Below, piece by piece: positions 40,617 to 51,356 of a stretch of DNA of 64,000 nt; position 1 is the first letter of the stretch; each line of letters opens with the position of its first letter. Below the pieces are notes generated by a model. It had not been told where the DNA came from. It did not search any database and worked only from the letters and a program-made list of their open reading frames with translations. The stretch is from an uncultured delta proteobacterium (lineage in GTDB: Bacteria; Desulfobacterota; Binatia; UBA9968). Where the stretch lies: positions 64,001 through 128,000 of the forward strand of contig CAVYTU010000019.1 of the NCBI GenBank assembly GCA_963771465.1, read 5' to 3'. Made by a program: the position numbers and the translations under genes.

Positions 40617-41759
40617 ATGAACAACGCCAAAACGTATTCATTGCCTGGGATTATTTTCCTAATCTGCGCGCTCCAATGGTTGGCAACTGTGGTCGGCGCT
40701 TATGGCGCCGCTGCGCCCGCTGCGGCGTTGCTCAAAGCCAAGCAGGAGGCCGAAACCAGAGGTTATGTCTTCGAAACCAGCCGCGACGAGATATTGGCTA
40801 GAGCCAAAAAAGAGGGACGCCTACGTGCGCTTAGCTCCCTCGAAGGCCCGACGATCAAGGCGATGGCCGATGGGTTTCGCGCCGAGTATCCCTTCCTCAA
40901 TGTATATATCGAGGAAGTCACCGGCACTGACGCCAATCAGCGCTTCGTTTTGGAAATGAAAGCGGGCCGGACCGCCAATTGGGACGTTACCCATTTGGCC
41001 ACCGACCTTTACAACGATTACCATCCTTATCTTAGAAAATTGGATATTCTAGGAATGTCGCAACAAAGCGTGTTGACTATCCCGCCACAACTGATCGATC
41101 CTGTGAACCGCAACATCATCGCTTCAACCAGCGCGCTCCAAGTGGTCGCCTATAACAAGAAGCTAATACCGACGGAAAAAGTCCCGGAGGCCTGGGAGGA
41201 TTTTCTCAAGCCGGAATTCAAAGGACAAAAATTCGTTGCCGATATTCGGCCCACGGAAATCGCCGCGTTGGTTCCGGCCTGGGGTTTAGAAAAGACGATC
41301 GACTTCGCGCGGCGGCTCGGCGCGCAACAGCCGGTGTGGGTGCGCGGCGGCTCGCGCATGATCACCGCGATCATGCTCGGAGAGTATGCGCTGTTTATCG
41401 GCCCCAATTACCACACCGTGAAACGGGCGCAGACCAAAGACCCGGCTGGCGTACTCGACTACAAGATCGTCGAACCGGTTCCTACTCGGCTGAGCGATGC
41501 CGCAGCCGTCTTGACCGCGGCACCGAATCCCTACGCTGGGCTTTTGTGGTTGGAATTTCTCGGCTCGCCGCGAGGACAAAAGATCGCTGAAGACTCAGAG
41601 CCCTTCGGCGCGTCGATCTTCATACCCGGATTCGCTCAGGAGCAAATCACCCGCGGCAAAAAACGTTCGATCGTCGATTGGAACCATTTCGCCAAAATGC
41701 CAGAGTATCAATCCAAAATCGTTGAAGCCTACGGCTTCCCCAAAGCAGAAAGAAAGTAG
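40617..41759 (+). CDS. ABC substrate-binding protein
   Basis: Same family motifs as 39459. Confidence 0.88.
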   Translation: MNNAKTYSLPGIIFLICALQWLATVVGAYGAAAPAAALLKAKQEAETRGYVFETSRDEILARAKKEGRLRALSSLEGPTIKAMADGFRAEYPFLNVYIEEVTGTDANQRFVLEMKAGRTANWDVTHLATDLYNDYHPYLRKLDILGMSQQSVLTIPPQLIDPVNRNIIASTSALQVVAYNKKLIPTEKVPEAWEDFLKPEFKGQKFVADIRPTEIAALVPAWGLEKTIDFARRLGAQQPVWVRGGSRMITAIMLGEYALFIGPNYHTVKRAQTKDPAGVLDYKIVEPVPTRLSDAAAVLTAAPNPYAGLLWLEFLGSPRGQKIAEDSEPFGASIFIPGFAQEQITRGKKRSIVDWNHFAKMPEYQSKIVEAYGFPKAERK

Positions 41760-41770
41760 CGATTAGCTCT

Positions 41771-43546
41771 ATGGCCAAAACTGAAACAAGATTGCCCCCC
41801 GGCGCGATGGCGTTGCCCAAATGGCGCATCGGACGTGCGCTGAAAAATAATGCGCTTTCGCTCGGCATCACCTTCCTACTTTTATGGGTCGTCGCGGCGC
41901 CGATCATCATGCTGCTGCTTTCCAGCCTGCGCGAAGGCAACTTTATTACTCCCGGCGCCTTTACCCTGGGCAACTATCGAACCGTATACTTGAGCGCGCT
42001 CACTTATCCCGCGCTGGTGAATACGCTCATCTACGCGGTCGCTGTCAGCGCCATCAGTCTCACCATGGCGACGATCTTCGCTTGGTTGGTGGAGCGCACC
42101 GACATGCCGGGCGCCAACTGGGCCTGGACGATGATGCTGCTGCCGCTCGCCATGCCCGGCATTCTGCGCAGCATGTCGTGGATTCTTCTGCTCAGTCCAA
42201 GAAGCGGTATCGTCAATGTCTACACCCGCGAGCTATTGGGATTTTTCGGGACGAAATTAGATACCGGGCCTTTCAATATATTTACTATGCCCGGAATGGT
42301 TTTTATCGAGGGCATGAGCGGCAGCACGACGTTGTTTCTGTTGATGGTCGGCGCCTTTCGCTTGATGGATCCGTCGATGGAAGAGGCCGCGCGAATCTCC
42401 GGCGCCGGCACCATGACGACACTGCGCCGGGTCACTCTCGGTCTGATGTTGCCGGCGGTGCTGGCGGCAGCGATGTACGCTTTTCTCGGCAACCTCGACG
42501 ACTTTGAAACGCCTCTGCTGATTGGACTTCAAGCCGGCATCTATCTGCTGCCGACCTTGATCTATTTCACCGCCTACGTCAGCCCGAGCTACGGATTAGC
42601 CACCGCCTATTCTTCGATCTTCATTCTCTTCACCATCGTCATGGTGTGGGTTTATTACCGGGTCATCATCCGCCGCTCGGATCGCTACGCCTCGATCACC
42701 GGCAAGGGCTTTCGGCCGCGCCGGCTTACCTTGGGCAAATGGCGCTGGCCGGCTCTGGGTCTGTTCATCGTTTTTTTCACGCTCAATATCATTCTGCCGT
42801 TCTTTACCTTACTCTGGGCCGCGTTATTGCCGAGTTACATGGTGCCATCGAAGGCCGCCTTGCAATATTTGACCCTCGACAATTTTGTCACGCTGATCAA
42901 TGAACCATCGATCGTCAACAGCACGCTCAACACGATTTTTCTCGGCGTCGTGACAGCTACGGGCACCATGGGCCTGTCCTATCTCGTCTCGTGGCTCATT
43001 GTCCGATTGAAAGTTAAAGGCGGCATGATCCTGGACGGCCTGGCATTTATCCCGCATGCGATCCCGACGGTTTCGATCACCTTGGCGCTCATCGTTTTGT
43101 ATCTCCATCCCGCGCTGCGCTGGATTCCGATCTACGGCACCATGTGGATCATGACGCTGGCGCTAATGACGCGCTACATCGCGTTTGGCACGCGAACGTC
43201 CAACTCGGCGATGACTCAAATTCACAAAGAGTTGGAAGAAGCCGCGCGCACCAGCGGCGCCAGCAAATTTACAACGCTGTTTAGAATCACCTTCCCGCTG
43301 CTTTTGCCGCCGTTCATTGGCGGCTGGGTTTGGGTATTTTCGCACACGATCCGAAGTTTCAGCATCCCGCTGATGCTCGCGACTCCCGGCAACGAAACCA
43401 TTGCCGTGGTGATGTATCATTACTGGGAACGCAAAGCCGATTTCTCGCTGGCGTCGACTTTAGGCGTGGTGATGCTGGTGGCGGTCGGTTTGCTCACCTT
43501 CGCCTCGCGCCGGTATATCTCCCAGGGATTTACCCGTAGCCAGTAG
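41771..43546 (+). CDS. ABC permease, FbpB-type double domain
   Basis: Two EAA motifs (MEEAARISGA, LEEAARTSGA); VERTDMPG; about 12 TMs. Confidence 0.92.
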   Translation: MAKTETRLPPGAMALPKWRIGRALKNNALSLGITFLLLWVVAAPIIMLLLSSLREGNFITPGAFTLGNYRTVYLSALTYPALVNTLIYAVAVSAISLTMATIFAWLVERTDMPGANWAWTMMLLPLAMPGILRSMSWILLLSPRSGIVNVYTRELLGFFGTKLDTGPFNIFTMPGMVFIEGMSGSTTLFLLMVGAFRLMDPSMEEAARISGAGTMTTLRRVTLGLMLPAVLAAAMYAFLGNLDDFETPLLIGLQAGIYLLPTLIYFTAYVSPSYGLATAYSSIFILFTIVMVWVYYRVIIRRSDRYASITGKGFRPRRLTLGKWRWPALGLFIVFFTLNIILPFFTLLWAALLPSYMVPSKAALQYLTLDNFVTLINEPSIVNSTLNTIFLGVVTATGTMGLSYLVSWLIVRLKVKGGMILDGLAFIPHAIPTVSITLALIVLYLHPALRWIPIYGTMWIMTLALMTRYIAFGTRTSNSAMTQIHKELEEAARTSGASKFTTLFRITFPLLLPPFIGGWVWVFSHTIRSFSIPLMLATPGNETIAVVMYHYWERKADFSLASTLGVVMLVAVGLLTFASRRYISQGFTRSQ

Positions 43547-43850
43547 AGGGCAATCGAAGCGGCCAGGCGTTTGCTGCGCGATAGGTTGAATGGTGCGCTA
43601 TTTCCCGAGCTGGCGATTACAGTCGAGAGTTTGTTTGGATGGCTGCGCCCATCCAAAATAGCGCATGAATGAAATCGCTCTCAGTGGCGATAATACTCGC
43701 CATCCTGAGAAGAATTCCGTCGCGCCAGCGCTGAGAGCGGCCAGACATATCCATACAGTTCTGCTTATCTGAGGTTGCCCGACGCGACAAACAATATTCT
43801 TTATATCTTCCCGTGAGGGCCATAAAAAACAGCTGCGTGAGGGAAAACCA

Positions 43851-44843
43851 ATGAATATTCAGTTGAGCGTCGGCATGGCTCCCAATCCCCGCACCTGGCC
43901 GCTTTTCGACGGTCGGGTGAAACCCGACGGCATCGACCTGATCATGTCGCCGGTTCACGCTTCTGAATTATTTTGGCGCCAGCTTCGCTTCGCCGACTTC
44001 GACTTATCCGACATGTCGTTCTCGTCGTTGCTGATCGCCATTGCTCACGGCGATCAGCGTTGGGTTGGTTTGCCGATCTTCACCACCCGTCGTTTGTTTC
44101 ATACAGGGATTCTCGTGAGGCGCGATGCCGGGATTGACACTCCGGCCGATCTCAAGGGCAAACGCGTCGGCGTCCCAGAATACCAACAAACCGCTGCATT
44201 ATGGACGCGTGGCGCGCTGCAGCACGAGTTCGGCATCGAACCGAAGGATATGGAGTTTTGGATGGAGCGCGTTCCCGAGCAGAGCCACGGCGGCGCCACG
44301 GAATTCAAAGCGCCGCCGGGAGTCACGATTCATCAGATCCCGCTCGGCAAAGATATCGGCTCGATGATGCTTTCAGGCGAACTCCAAGCCGCGCTGCATT
44401 ACCTCGTCAACCAAAATCTCGTCGACCGCGCCAGCGCCGACCTTTGGAACCACCCAGCGATAAAATACTTATTCCCGGATCCGAAAGCGGAAGGCATCAG
44501 GTATTTCAACAAGACGGGAATTTATCCGATCAACCACTGCGTCGCGCTCAAACGGGATGTCGCCGAGAAGCATCCCTGGACGATTCTCAATATCTATAAG
44601 GCCTTCGAGCGCGCCAATGCCATCGCCAACGAACAACGGATGGAACACGTCAACTACTACCTCGAGACCGGCCGGCTGCCGCCGGATGCGAAAGCGGCGC
44701 TGGCGACTCCGTTGGTCCAATACGGCATAAAAGCCAACCGTAAAGTGTTGGAAACCGCCGCGCAATATTCAGTCGAGCAAGGCTTGACGCCGCGGCTCTA
44801 CAAGCTCGACGACGTGTTTGCGCCAAGTACTCTGCAGCAATAA
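43851..44843 (+). CDS. 4,5-dihydroxyphthalate decarboxylase-like protein (SBP fold)
   Basis: DGRVKPDGIDL, ELFWRQ, DLKGKRVGVPEYQQTA.LW.RG and TGIYPINH. Confidence 0.82.
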   Translation: MNIQLSVGMAPNPRTWPLFDGRVKPDGIDLIMSPVHASELFWRQLRFADFDLSDMSFSSLLIAIAHGDQRWVGLPIFTTRRLFHTGILVRRDAGIDTPADLKGKRVGVPEYQQTAALWTRGALQHEFGIEPKDMEFWMERVPEQSHGGATEFKAPPGVTIHQIPLGKDIGSMMLSGELQAALHYLVNQNLVDRASADLWNHPAIKYLFPDPKAEGIRYFNKTGIYPINHCVALKRDVAEKHPWTILNIYKAFERANAIANEQRMEHVNYYLETGRLPPDAKAALATPLVQYGIKANRKVLETAAQYSVEQGLTPRLYKLDDVFAPSTLQQ

Positions 44844-44868
44844 AAATCGTAAATGGACGAGTGACACG

Positions 44869-45816
44869 ATGATTCTAATCACCGGCGGTCTTGGCTTTAT
44901 CGGCCTCCACACCGCGAAACGTTTCTTAGACGTTGGCGAGCAGGTCGTGCTTACGCAATTTCGCGTCCGGCGCGAACCCGATTTCATCAAAGCTGAGATC
45001 GGCAAACGCGCGTTCATCGAGAGGCTCGATGTCACGGCGAGCCACGATGTGATCGACATCGTGCGCAAGCACAAGGTCACCGGCGTCGTCCACCTCGCCG
45101 TTCCCGGCCTTGGAGCTTTATCCGCGGCGGAAGATTACCGCATGAACGTGATGGGATTCTTAAATATCCTCGAGGCCGCAAGGTTGTTTGACGTAAAGCG
45201 GGTAAGCTTGGCGAGCTCCGTAGCCGTCTACGCCGGCCTTGCCGAGGGTCCTTTCCGTGAAGACGCGCTCGTGCCGATACCATCCGGCAATCCCACCGAG
45301 ACATTCAAAAAAGCGCTGGAGATCCTCGGCATGCACTACGCCTCTCGGACAAATCTCGAGGTCGTCGCATTGCGCATCGGGACTCCGTTCGGGCCGCTCT
45401 ATCACAGCCTAGCGGCGCCGACGAGTCGGATCATTCATGCCGCGGCGAAAGGCGTGGCCGCGGATTTTACCGGTGCGCGCGGCGGCCCACCGCATCAAGA
45501 GGACGACACTGGCGCGTTTTACGTCAAGGACTGCGCCGCGGCAATCCAGCTGCTGCAGATGGCCGACAAACTGACGCACAGAATTTTCAATATCAGCAGT
45601 GAAGGACCGATGAAGTACCACCAGTTTGTCGAGGTGGTGAAAAAAGTCGCTCCGAGCGCGCGCGTCGACTTGCCGCCGGGCCGTGGCCCGCGCCACCGAC
45701 CGGACGCTTACATGGATGTCTCCCGGCTGAAGCAAGAAGTGGGTTACCGGCCGGAGTACACGATCGAGCGCGCGGTGGAGGAATACATCGACTGGCTAAA
45801 GAAATATCCCGAATGA
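44869..45816 (+). CDS. Extended SDR (NAD-dependent epimerase/dehydratase)
   Basis: ITGGLGFIG, VHLA and ASSVAVY; the catalytic Tyr position is Thr. Confidence 0.88.
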   Translation: MILITGGLGFIGLHTAKRFLDVGEQVVLTQFRVRREPDFIKAEIGKRAFIERLDVTASHDVIDIVRKHKVTGVVHLAVPGLGALSAAEDYRMNVMGFLNILEAARLFDVKRVSLASSVAVYAGLAEGPFREDALVPIPSGNPTETFKKALEILGMHYASRTNLEVVALRIGTPFGPLYHSLAAPTSRIIHAAAKGVAADFTGARGGPPHQEDDTGAFYVKDCAAAIQLLQMADKLTHRIFNISSEGPMKYHQFVEVVKKVAPSARVDLPPGRGPRHRPDAYMDVSRLKQEVGYRPEYTIERAVEEYIDWLKKYPE

Positions 45817-45875
45817 TATGCGCGAGTGAACGGTGTAGATAATTATTGGCAAATTCTTCGTAGGAGGAGCGAGCG

Positions 45876-47174
45876 ATGCTTACTCGTGAAGAGAATGAAC
45901 GATTGACACGCGTGGGCCGCGGCACGCCGACGGGCGAACTGCTGCGGCGGTTTTGGCTGCCGTTCCTACTCACCGCCGATTTGTCCGAGCCTGACGGAGC
46001 GCCCGTGCGGGTAGGCTTGCTCGGCGAAAGGCTCTTGGCGTTTCGCGACACCAGCGGCCGCATCGGGCTGATCGACCGCGCCTGCGCGCACCGCTGCGCC
46101 GATCTGTTTTTCGGCCGCAATGAAGAGAACGGTCTGCGCTGTACTTACCATGGCTGGAAATACGACGTGGAAGGTAAATGCTTGGACATGCCGACCGAAG
46201 ATTCGGAAAGTTCTTTCAAAGATAATATCAAGCTCACCGCATACCCGGTGCGCGAGCGGGCGGGAATTTTGTGGACCTACATGGGTCCCAAAGAGCAAAT
46301 TCCCGAGCTGCCGGAATTTGAATGGGCACGAGTTCCCGATGGGCACCGATTTATTTCGTGGAACTTCCAGAAAAACAACTTCGTTCAGGCGATCGACGGC
46401 GGCATCGACACCGTCCATTCGGTATTTCTCCACAGCTCACTGGACTCCCATCACCGGCTTGATCAATGGCAGAAACAGGCGAAGCGTGACGGAGACGCGC
46501 GCCTGATGCATCGAGTGCGCACCAATCCGCCCAAGTTGGTCGCCAAGGATACCGACTATGGCGTCCTGATCGGCGGCAAGTATCGTGGCCGCGACGGCAC
46601 CGACTACTGGCGTTACAATAATTTTCTCATGCCGTTTTACACCATGCCTCCAGGCGGCGGCAGCGGTCTTAGCAAGAAAATTGCCCACGCCTTTGTGCCC
46701 ATCGACGACGAAAGTTGCATACGCTGGGTGTTCACCTGGAATTTTGCCGAGCCTTTGAGCGCAAAAGAAATCGCGGAGATGCGCGCCGGTTCGAGCGTCC
46801 ACGTGGAATTTATTCCGGGCACGCACTACCCGGCGCGAAACATGTCCAATGATTATCTGATCGACCGTGAGTCGCAAAAAACTCTGACGTTCACCGGCAT
46901 CAAAGGAATTGGCGAGCAAGATTTTTCGGTGCAAGAGGGCATGGGTGCAGTCGTCGACCGCACTCGGGAACATCTCGGCAGTAGCGATATCGGCATCGTC
47001 GCCATGCGCCGGCGGCTACTCAAGGCAGCGGCTGATCTTCAGGAAGGCGTCGCGCCGTACGCGGCGCTGCATGGCGACGTCTATCGAATACGGTCGGCTG
47101 AATTGGTCCTGCCTGCGGATGCGCCATGGGACGAAAATGAGAATTTGAAAGCAGCGATGACGGCAACCTGGTAG
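45876..47174 (+). CDS. Rieske oxygenase alpha subunit, third paralog
   Basis: CAHR...CTYHGW; DGGIDTVHSVFLH; EQD. Confidence 0.92.
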   Translation: MLTREENERLTRVGRGTPTGELLRRFWLPFLLTADLSEPDGAPVRVGLLGERLLAFRDTSGRIGLIDRACAHRCADLFFGRNEENGLRCTYHGWKYDVEGKCLDMPTEDSESSFKDNIKLTAYPVRERAGILWTYMGPKEQIPELPEFEWARVPDGHRFISWNFQKNNFVQAIDGGIDTVHSVFLHSSLDSHHRLDQWQKQAKRDGDARLMHRVRTNPPKLVAKDTDYGVLIGGKYRGRDGTDYWRYNNFLMPFYTMPPGGGSGLSKKIAHAFVPIDDESCIRWVFTWNFAEPLSAKEIAEMRAGSSVHVEFIPGTHYPARNMSNDYLIDRESQKTLTFTGIKGIGEQDFSVQEGMGAVVDRTREHLGSSDIGIVAMRRRLLKAAADLQEGVAPYAALHGDVYRIRSAELVLPADAPWDENENLKAAMTATW

Positions 47175-47346
47175 TTGCCGAGGATGCGAACCGGATGGAG
47201 ACGCGCGGGCGAAGATATCGGCCGGGAAAATCGCGTCGTCCAGATCGGCGAGCATTACTGTATCACGGACAAAAGTGCGCTCAGACTCGGCAAACGGGAA
47301 CTAAAAATTCTACCGACCGAAGCGTGAAGGCATTATAATAGCCTTC

Positions 47347-48339
47347 ATGAGAAGCTTCTCGCGTGGCTTGCTGATTGCGACGTTAGTTGTAGCGCCTTTA
47401 GCTTCGGCTGTTGGCGAGGCGATAAAATCGCAACGGCCAATGCCGATACTGCGCGCCGGAAATTCCGGGCCGAAGCAGCCCGTCCGCTTTGCCGCAGCGA
47501 ACTCCCGAAGCGATCCGATCACCTTGGGTATTGCCTCGATCAATACGCAAAAAAAGATCGCTGAGTATCAGGACTTTGTTAATTACCTCACCCGCAAGCT
47601 CACGTCGCGAAACAATCGCCGGGGCACGCTGCATGTTGTCCCGACGCCGTTCGAGCTCGCCCAGCTGCTGATCGACCATAAAATCGATTTTTTCATGGAC
47701 AGCCCCTATCCCACGCATAGAGTCAACGCGCACGCAGGCTCGCGGTTGCTAGCGCGCCGCTGGAAAAACGGAGTCAGCGAATACCGCAGCGTAATCATTA
47801 CCCGCAGAGATAGCGGCCTCGCACGGTTGGAGGATTTGCGCGGAACGATCATCGCATTTGAAGATCGTGACTCCACGTCGGGTTACTTTTTGCCCAGAAC
47901 GCTGCTGGCGCGCAAAGGGCTCGATCTTCGGCAATTGTCGTCGTTCAATGAAACCGCGGCACCAAAGGAAATCGGTTACCTCTTCGCCGGTAGCTCGGAA
48001 ATCACTGTCATCGAATGGGTGCTTGGCAAAAACGTGGCGGCTGGCGCGGTGAGCGACAACGACCTAGAGCGACTCGATAGTAAAAAGCGAGCTGAACTCA
48101 TGGTCCTCACGGCATCGGATCCGTTGCCCCGTTATTTGGTATCCGTACGCAAAGAATTAGCGCCTCGATTTGGCAATCAGCTCAAGAGTGTCTTGCTCGC
48201 CATGCATCTTGATCCTGAAGGGAAGAATATTCTTCGCAAAATGGAAAATACCACCAAATTCGATGCATTGCCCCTCGCCCACGAAGACTTACAGCGCCGG
48301 CTGTTCGGCATGCCGCCGAACGGAAGCCCGGCCAATTAA
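47347..48339 (+). CDS. PhnD-like phosphate/phosphite/phosphonate-binding protein (orphan)
   Basis: YRSVIITRRDS, DLRG..IAF.DRDSTSGYFLP. Confidence 0.82.
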   Translation: MRSFSRGLLIATLVVAPLASAVGEAIKSQRPMPILRAGNSGPKQPVRFAAANSRSDPITLGIASINTQKKIAEYQDFVNYLTRKLTSRNNRRGTLHVVPTPFELAQLLIDHKIDFFMDSPYPTHRVNAHAGSRLLARRWKNGVSEYRSVIITRRDSGLARLEDLRGTIIAFEDRDSTSGYFLPRTLLARKGLDLRQLSSFNETAAPKEIGYLFAGSSEITVIEWVLGKNVAAGAVSDNDLERLDSKKRAELMVLTASDPLPRYLVSVRKELAPRFGNQLKSVLLAMHLDPEGKNILRKMENTTKFDALPLAHEDLQRRLFGMPPNGSPAN

Positions 48340-48340
48340 T

Positions 48341-49327
48341 CTAGGAAATCTCGGTAAAGTACGGTATCGCTCTGAGCGCCATGCTGGCGGCGAGAATTCC
48401 CAGCGACGTCAAGGCGAATGGATAAAACCACGGCACTTGCCGGTCCAAGGTTTTCACTAGGAACGCGCCCCTTTCGGTGTTGTTGATATCGGCGTAAGCG
48501 CTTTGGAGCTGCTGCGCGTCGCGCACGTCATAATATTTACCGCCGGTGCTTTCCACCGCGGCGATGAGCCGCGGCGCGTCGCGCACCCGATCGACCTCGA
48601 CGCCGATGAAGTGGATCTTAAAATTTTCCGCCTTAGCTTTCGTGATCGCCTCGTAGAGATCCCGGCCGGTATTGTTCTCGCCGTCCGTGAGCACCACCAT
48701 GACTTTGCCTTTGGTCGCTCCTCTGCCCTCGCGCGCCTGCTTCAACGCCAGGTCGACCGAAGTAAAAATTCCTTCGCCGATGGCCGTTTGACCTTCGCCG
48801 GCGAGAGTCTTGTTATCGACCATTTGGAGGTAACGCCGAACATAGGCCTCATCGAAGGTCATCGGCGCCACGACATAACCGTTCTCGGAAAAAACGACAA
48901 TCGCCAATCGGTCATCCTGGCGCCGCTGCACGAATGCCGACATCGCCTCCTTGACAGCTTCAAGACGGCTCTTTTCTCTGGTCTTGATCCCCTGCCTGAG
49001 TCGCTCCAAAGAGCCCTTAAGATCGATCGGCTCCTGCATGCTCGACGACAGGTCGAGTACCATGACGATGTCCAACCCCTGCTTCGCCACCAAACGTTCC
49101 GCGTAGGGCAGCACCGGATCTAACAAGGCGACGACCAAAAAACCAAGCGCGACGTATTCGAGAAACTTAGGCAAGAAGACCAGGGGAGAGGCCGGGCGCA
49201 GATGCGGCTTGAGATAGAACAAGAGCGGGTGAACAAAATAATTCTTCCGGCGCCGCCAGCGAATCAGCAAGACCACGCCGATAATCGCGAGTAGAATCCA
49301 GAGCAGATCGAGCCGGGCAAATTGCAT
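48341..49327 (-). CDS. Membrane-anchored VWA protein (BatA/MxaC-like)
   Basis: MIDAS DLSSS, TAIGEG and LTDGENN; N- and C-terminal TMs. Confidence 0.88.
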   Translation of the reverse strand: MQFARLDLLWILLAIIGVVLLIRWRRRKNYFVHPLLFYLKPHLRPASPLVFLPKFLEYVALGFLVVALLDPVLPYAERLVAKQGLDIVMVLDLSSSMQEPIDLKGSLERLRQGIKTREKSRLEAVKEAMSAFVQRRQDDRLAIVVFSENGYVVAPMTFDEAYVRRYLQMVDNKTLAGEGQTAIGEGIFTSVDLALKQAREGRGATKGKVMVVLTDGENNTGRDLYEAITKAKAENFKIHFIGVEVDRVRDAPRLIAAVESTGGKYYDVRDAQQLQSAYADINNTERGAFLVKTLDRQVPWFYPFALTSLGILAASMALRAIPYFTEIS

Positions 49328-49503
49328 TATTCGTTCCCGTGCATTAGTTCAATGCCGCGAGCAGTACCGACATCAGACCGAGCGTCTTTTCATCACAAAG
49401 CCGGCAGGGGCAACCACCAGTGTAGTCGCTAAAACTCGGTATTCCATTATTGCGTTCTTTGCGGTTAATACTCCGAAGCTTGAACCTCGTGTACGATTCG
49501 GCG

Positions 49504-50475
49504 TTAGTGGCGCGCCAGGTCGGCGAATTTGCCGAGATCACCCTGCACTTGATCGCGCCAGTCTTTCCCCAGTTGAATACCTTGCGGGCTATAGAGCACC
49601 TGCTCGCAGCGCTCTAAAATACTTTTTACCGGCGCGCTCAGACCGTTCTGTCCGTGCTCTCGCAACATGGTTTCAATTTCCTGGGCGGTGAGACTTGCCG
49701 CTTCGATTTCCAACGACTCGCTCAAATAGCTGCGTAGGAACTGGCTCACTTGGGAATAATAACGCTGCTGATCCCCGGGAGATTCTCTGCCGATCGCTTG
49801 CGTTTGCTGCATGAAATCGCGCACCCTGCGCCGCCGCGCGCGCCGGCTGAGACGCTTTTTCACGGGTTTTTCTCGATGCGATTTCGCCCACAGACGGCGA
49901 ACCAACTGGATCATCAGCAATAGGAGTCCTGCCAATCCGAGAGCGATTGGAATAATCCATCTCTGTCTCGTCACTTGCCATAGATCACGGTTATCGCGAA
50001 GTCGCAGAGTGTCGGCGGTCAAAGTGGAACGCAGTCCCACTTTGGTAACCGGCACCGGCACGGACTCGGCCGCGCTTTCGCCGGCCGCGCGGGCTGCGCC
50101 CGTGCGGGTGAAATAATAGAGCGGAAACGACGGAATCCTGAGCTCCACGTGGCCGCTCTCGTAGGTGGTAAGAAGGATTTTGACTTCAGTGACCTGTTTG
50201 TTCGCTCCCAACGAGCCCTGACGCACGGCGATCTCGCGCACCACGAACGGCGCTAAATTCAGGTTTTCCTTTTTTAGATTGTCGACGACGATTTCGATAG
50301 TGGGATCATGCACCGCTTTGACAGTGTAATAAAAAGTATCGCCGACCCATATCGCGGTCCGGTCGAGCTGCGTCGACAGCACGATCTTAGCTTCTTTGGG
50401 TTTTTGAACCGGCGCGGCGGCGCTGAGTGTTAGGAAAGCGAGTAGCAATAACCCCATTGATTGAAGCGACTTCAT
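49504..50475 (-). CDS. BatD/MxaA-like accessory protein
   Basis: Signal peptide, beta-rich domain (WVGDTFYY), TM, then helical domain (LRSYL...LTAQE). Confidence 0.7.
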   Translation of the reverse strand: MKSLQSMGLLLLAFLTLSAAAPVQKPKEAKIVLSTQLDRTAIWVGDTFYYTVKAVHDPTIEIVVDNLKKENLNLAPFVVREIAVRQGSLGANKQVTEVKILLTTYESGHVELRIPSFPLYYFTRTGAARAAGESAAESVPVPVTKVGLRSTLTADTLRLRDNRDLWQVTRQRWIIPIALGLAGLLLLMIQLVRRLWAKSHREKPVKKRLSRRARRRRVRDFMQQTQAIGRESPGDQQRYYSQVSQFLRSYLSESLEIEAASLTAQEIETMLREHGQNGLSAPVKSILERCEQVLYSPQGIQLGKDWRDQVQGDLGKFADLARH

Positions 50476-51356
50476 TTACGCCTCTTACGCGCCAGGAAGA
50501 AACCCAAGAGCGAATCCAAGTAGGGCGAACCGACGGGGAGAAACAGATGATCCAGATTGAGATGATAAAATGATCGCTGCAGGCCAACCCTGCGCTCGTG
50601 CATGAGCGTGCGATATATATTTTTGTTGTGCCGGTTAAGATTGACCACCAACGCGCCGCCCGACTCGGCGTCGTGGAAACGCACGAACCCTTTGCCGCCG
50701 GGCAGCGCGGTGTCCCACTCGTCTTCAATAACAATGGGCATGAGATCATGCTTGCGCGCCAGATGGCTCAGCGCATGGGAGTGAAAACGATCTTCCACCT
50801 GAACGAAGTCCGAGATCAAAAACAATAGCGTCGACGTCGTCAGCCGCGTCAGCAGATGTTCGAACGGGAGACTGAAGTCGGTGCGCGTCGATCGCGGTTT
50901 TGCGTTCCACAGCGTTTCGACGACGCGCCAACTGTGCGCCTGTCCTTGCTTTAATGGCATATCCAATTCTATGCGATCGGTGAAGCCGAGCAGACCGACT
51001 TTCATATTGTCGCTGGCGGCGGAGAAAGCCAAAGTCGCGGCGATCCGCACCAGCAACTCGCGCTTCGAGCCATCGACGCTGGCGAAGTCCATGGAACGTG
51101 ACAAGTCGGCGATGATCACCGCGCTTAATTCCTTTTCTTCAAAGTCTTTCTTCACGAACGGATAACCCATGCGCGCCGTGGCGTTCCAGTCGATCTGCCG
51201 GTAGTCATCGCCATGCTGATAGCGCTTGTGCTGATCGAACTCGAAGCCACGCCCGCGCAAGGGGCTGCGATAATCGCCCACATGATGATCCCGCACCGCC
51301 TTGCGCGTATAGATCTCCAGATAGCGAAGTTCTTCCATTAGTTCTTGGGGAATCAT
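50472..51356 (-). CDS. DUF58 family protein (MxaS-like)
   Basis: G.GFEFDQHKRYQHGDDYRQIDWNATAR, DLSRSM and ISDF. Confidence 0.92.
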   Translation of the reverse strand: MIPQELMEELRYLEIYTRKAVRDHHVGDYRSPLRGRGFEFDQHKRYQHGDDYRQIDWNATARMGYPFVKKDFEEKELSAVIIADLSRSMDFASVDGSKRELLVRIAATLAFSAASDNMKVGLLGFTDRIELDMPLKQGQAHSWRVVETLWNAKPRSTRTDFSLPFEHLLTRLTTSTLLFLISDFVQVEDRFHSHALSHLARKHDLMPIVIEDEWDTALPGGKGFVRFHDAESGGALVVNLNRHNKNIYRTLMHERRVGLQRSFYHLNLDHLFLPVGSPYLDSLLGFFLARKRRK

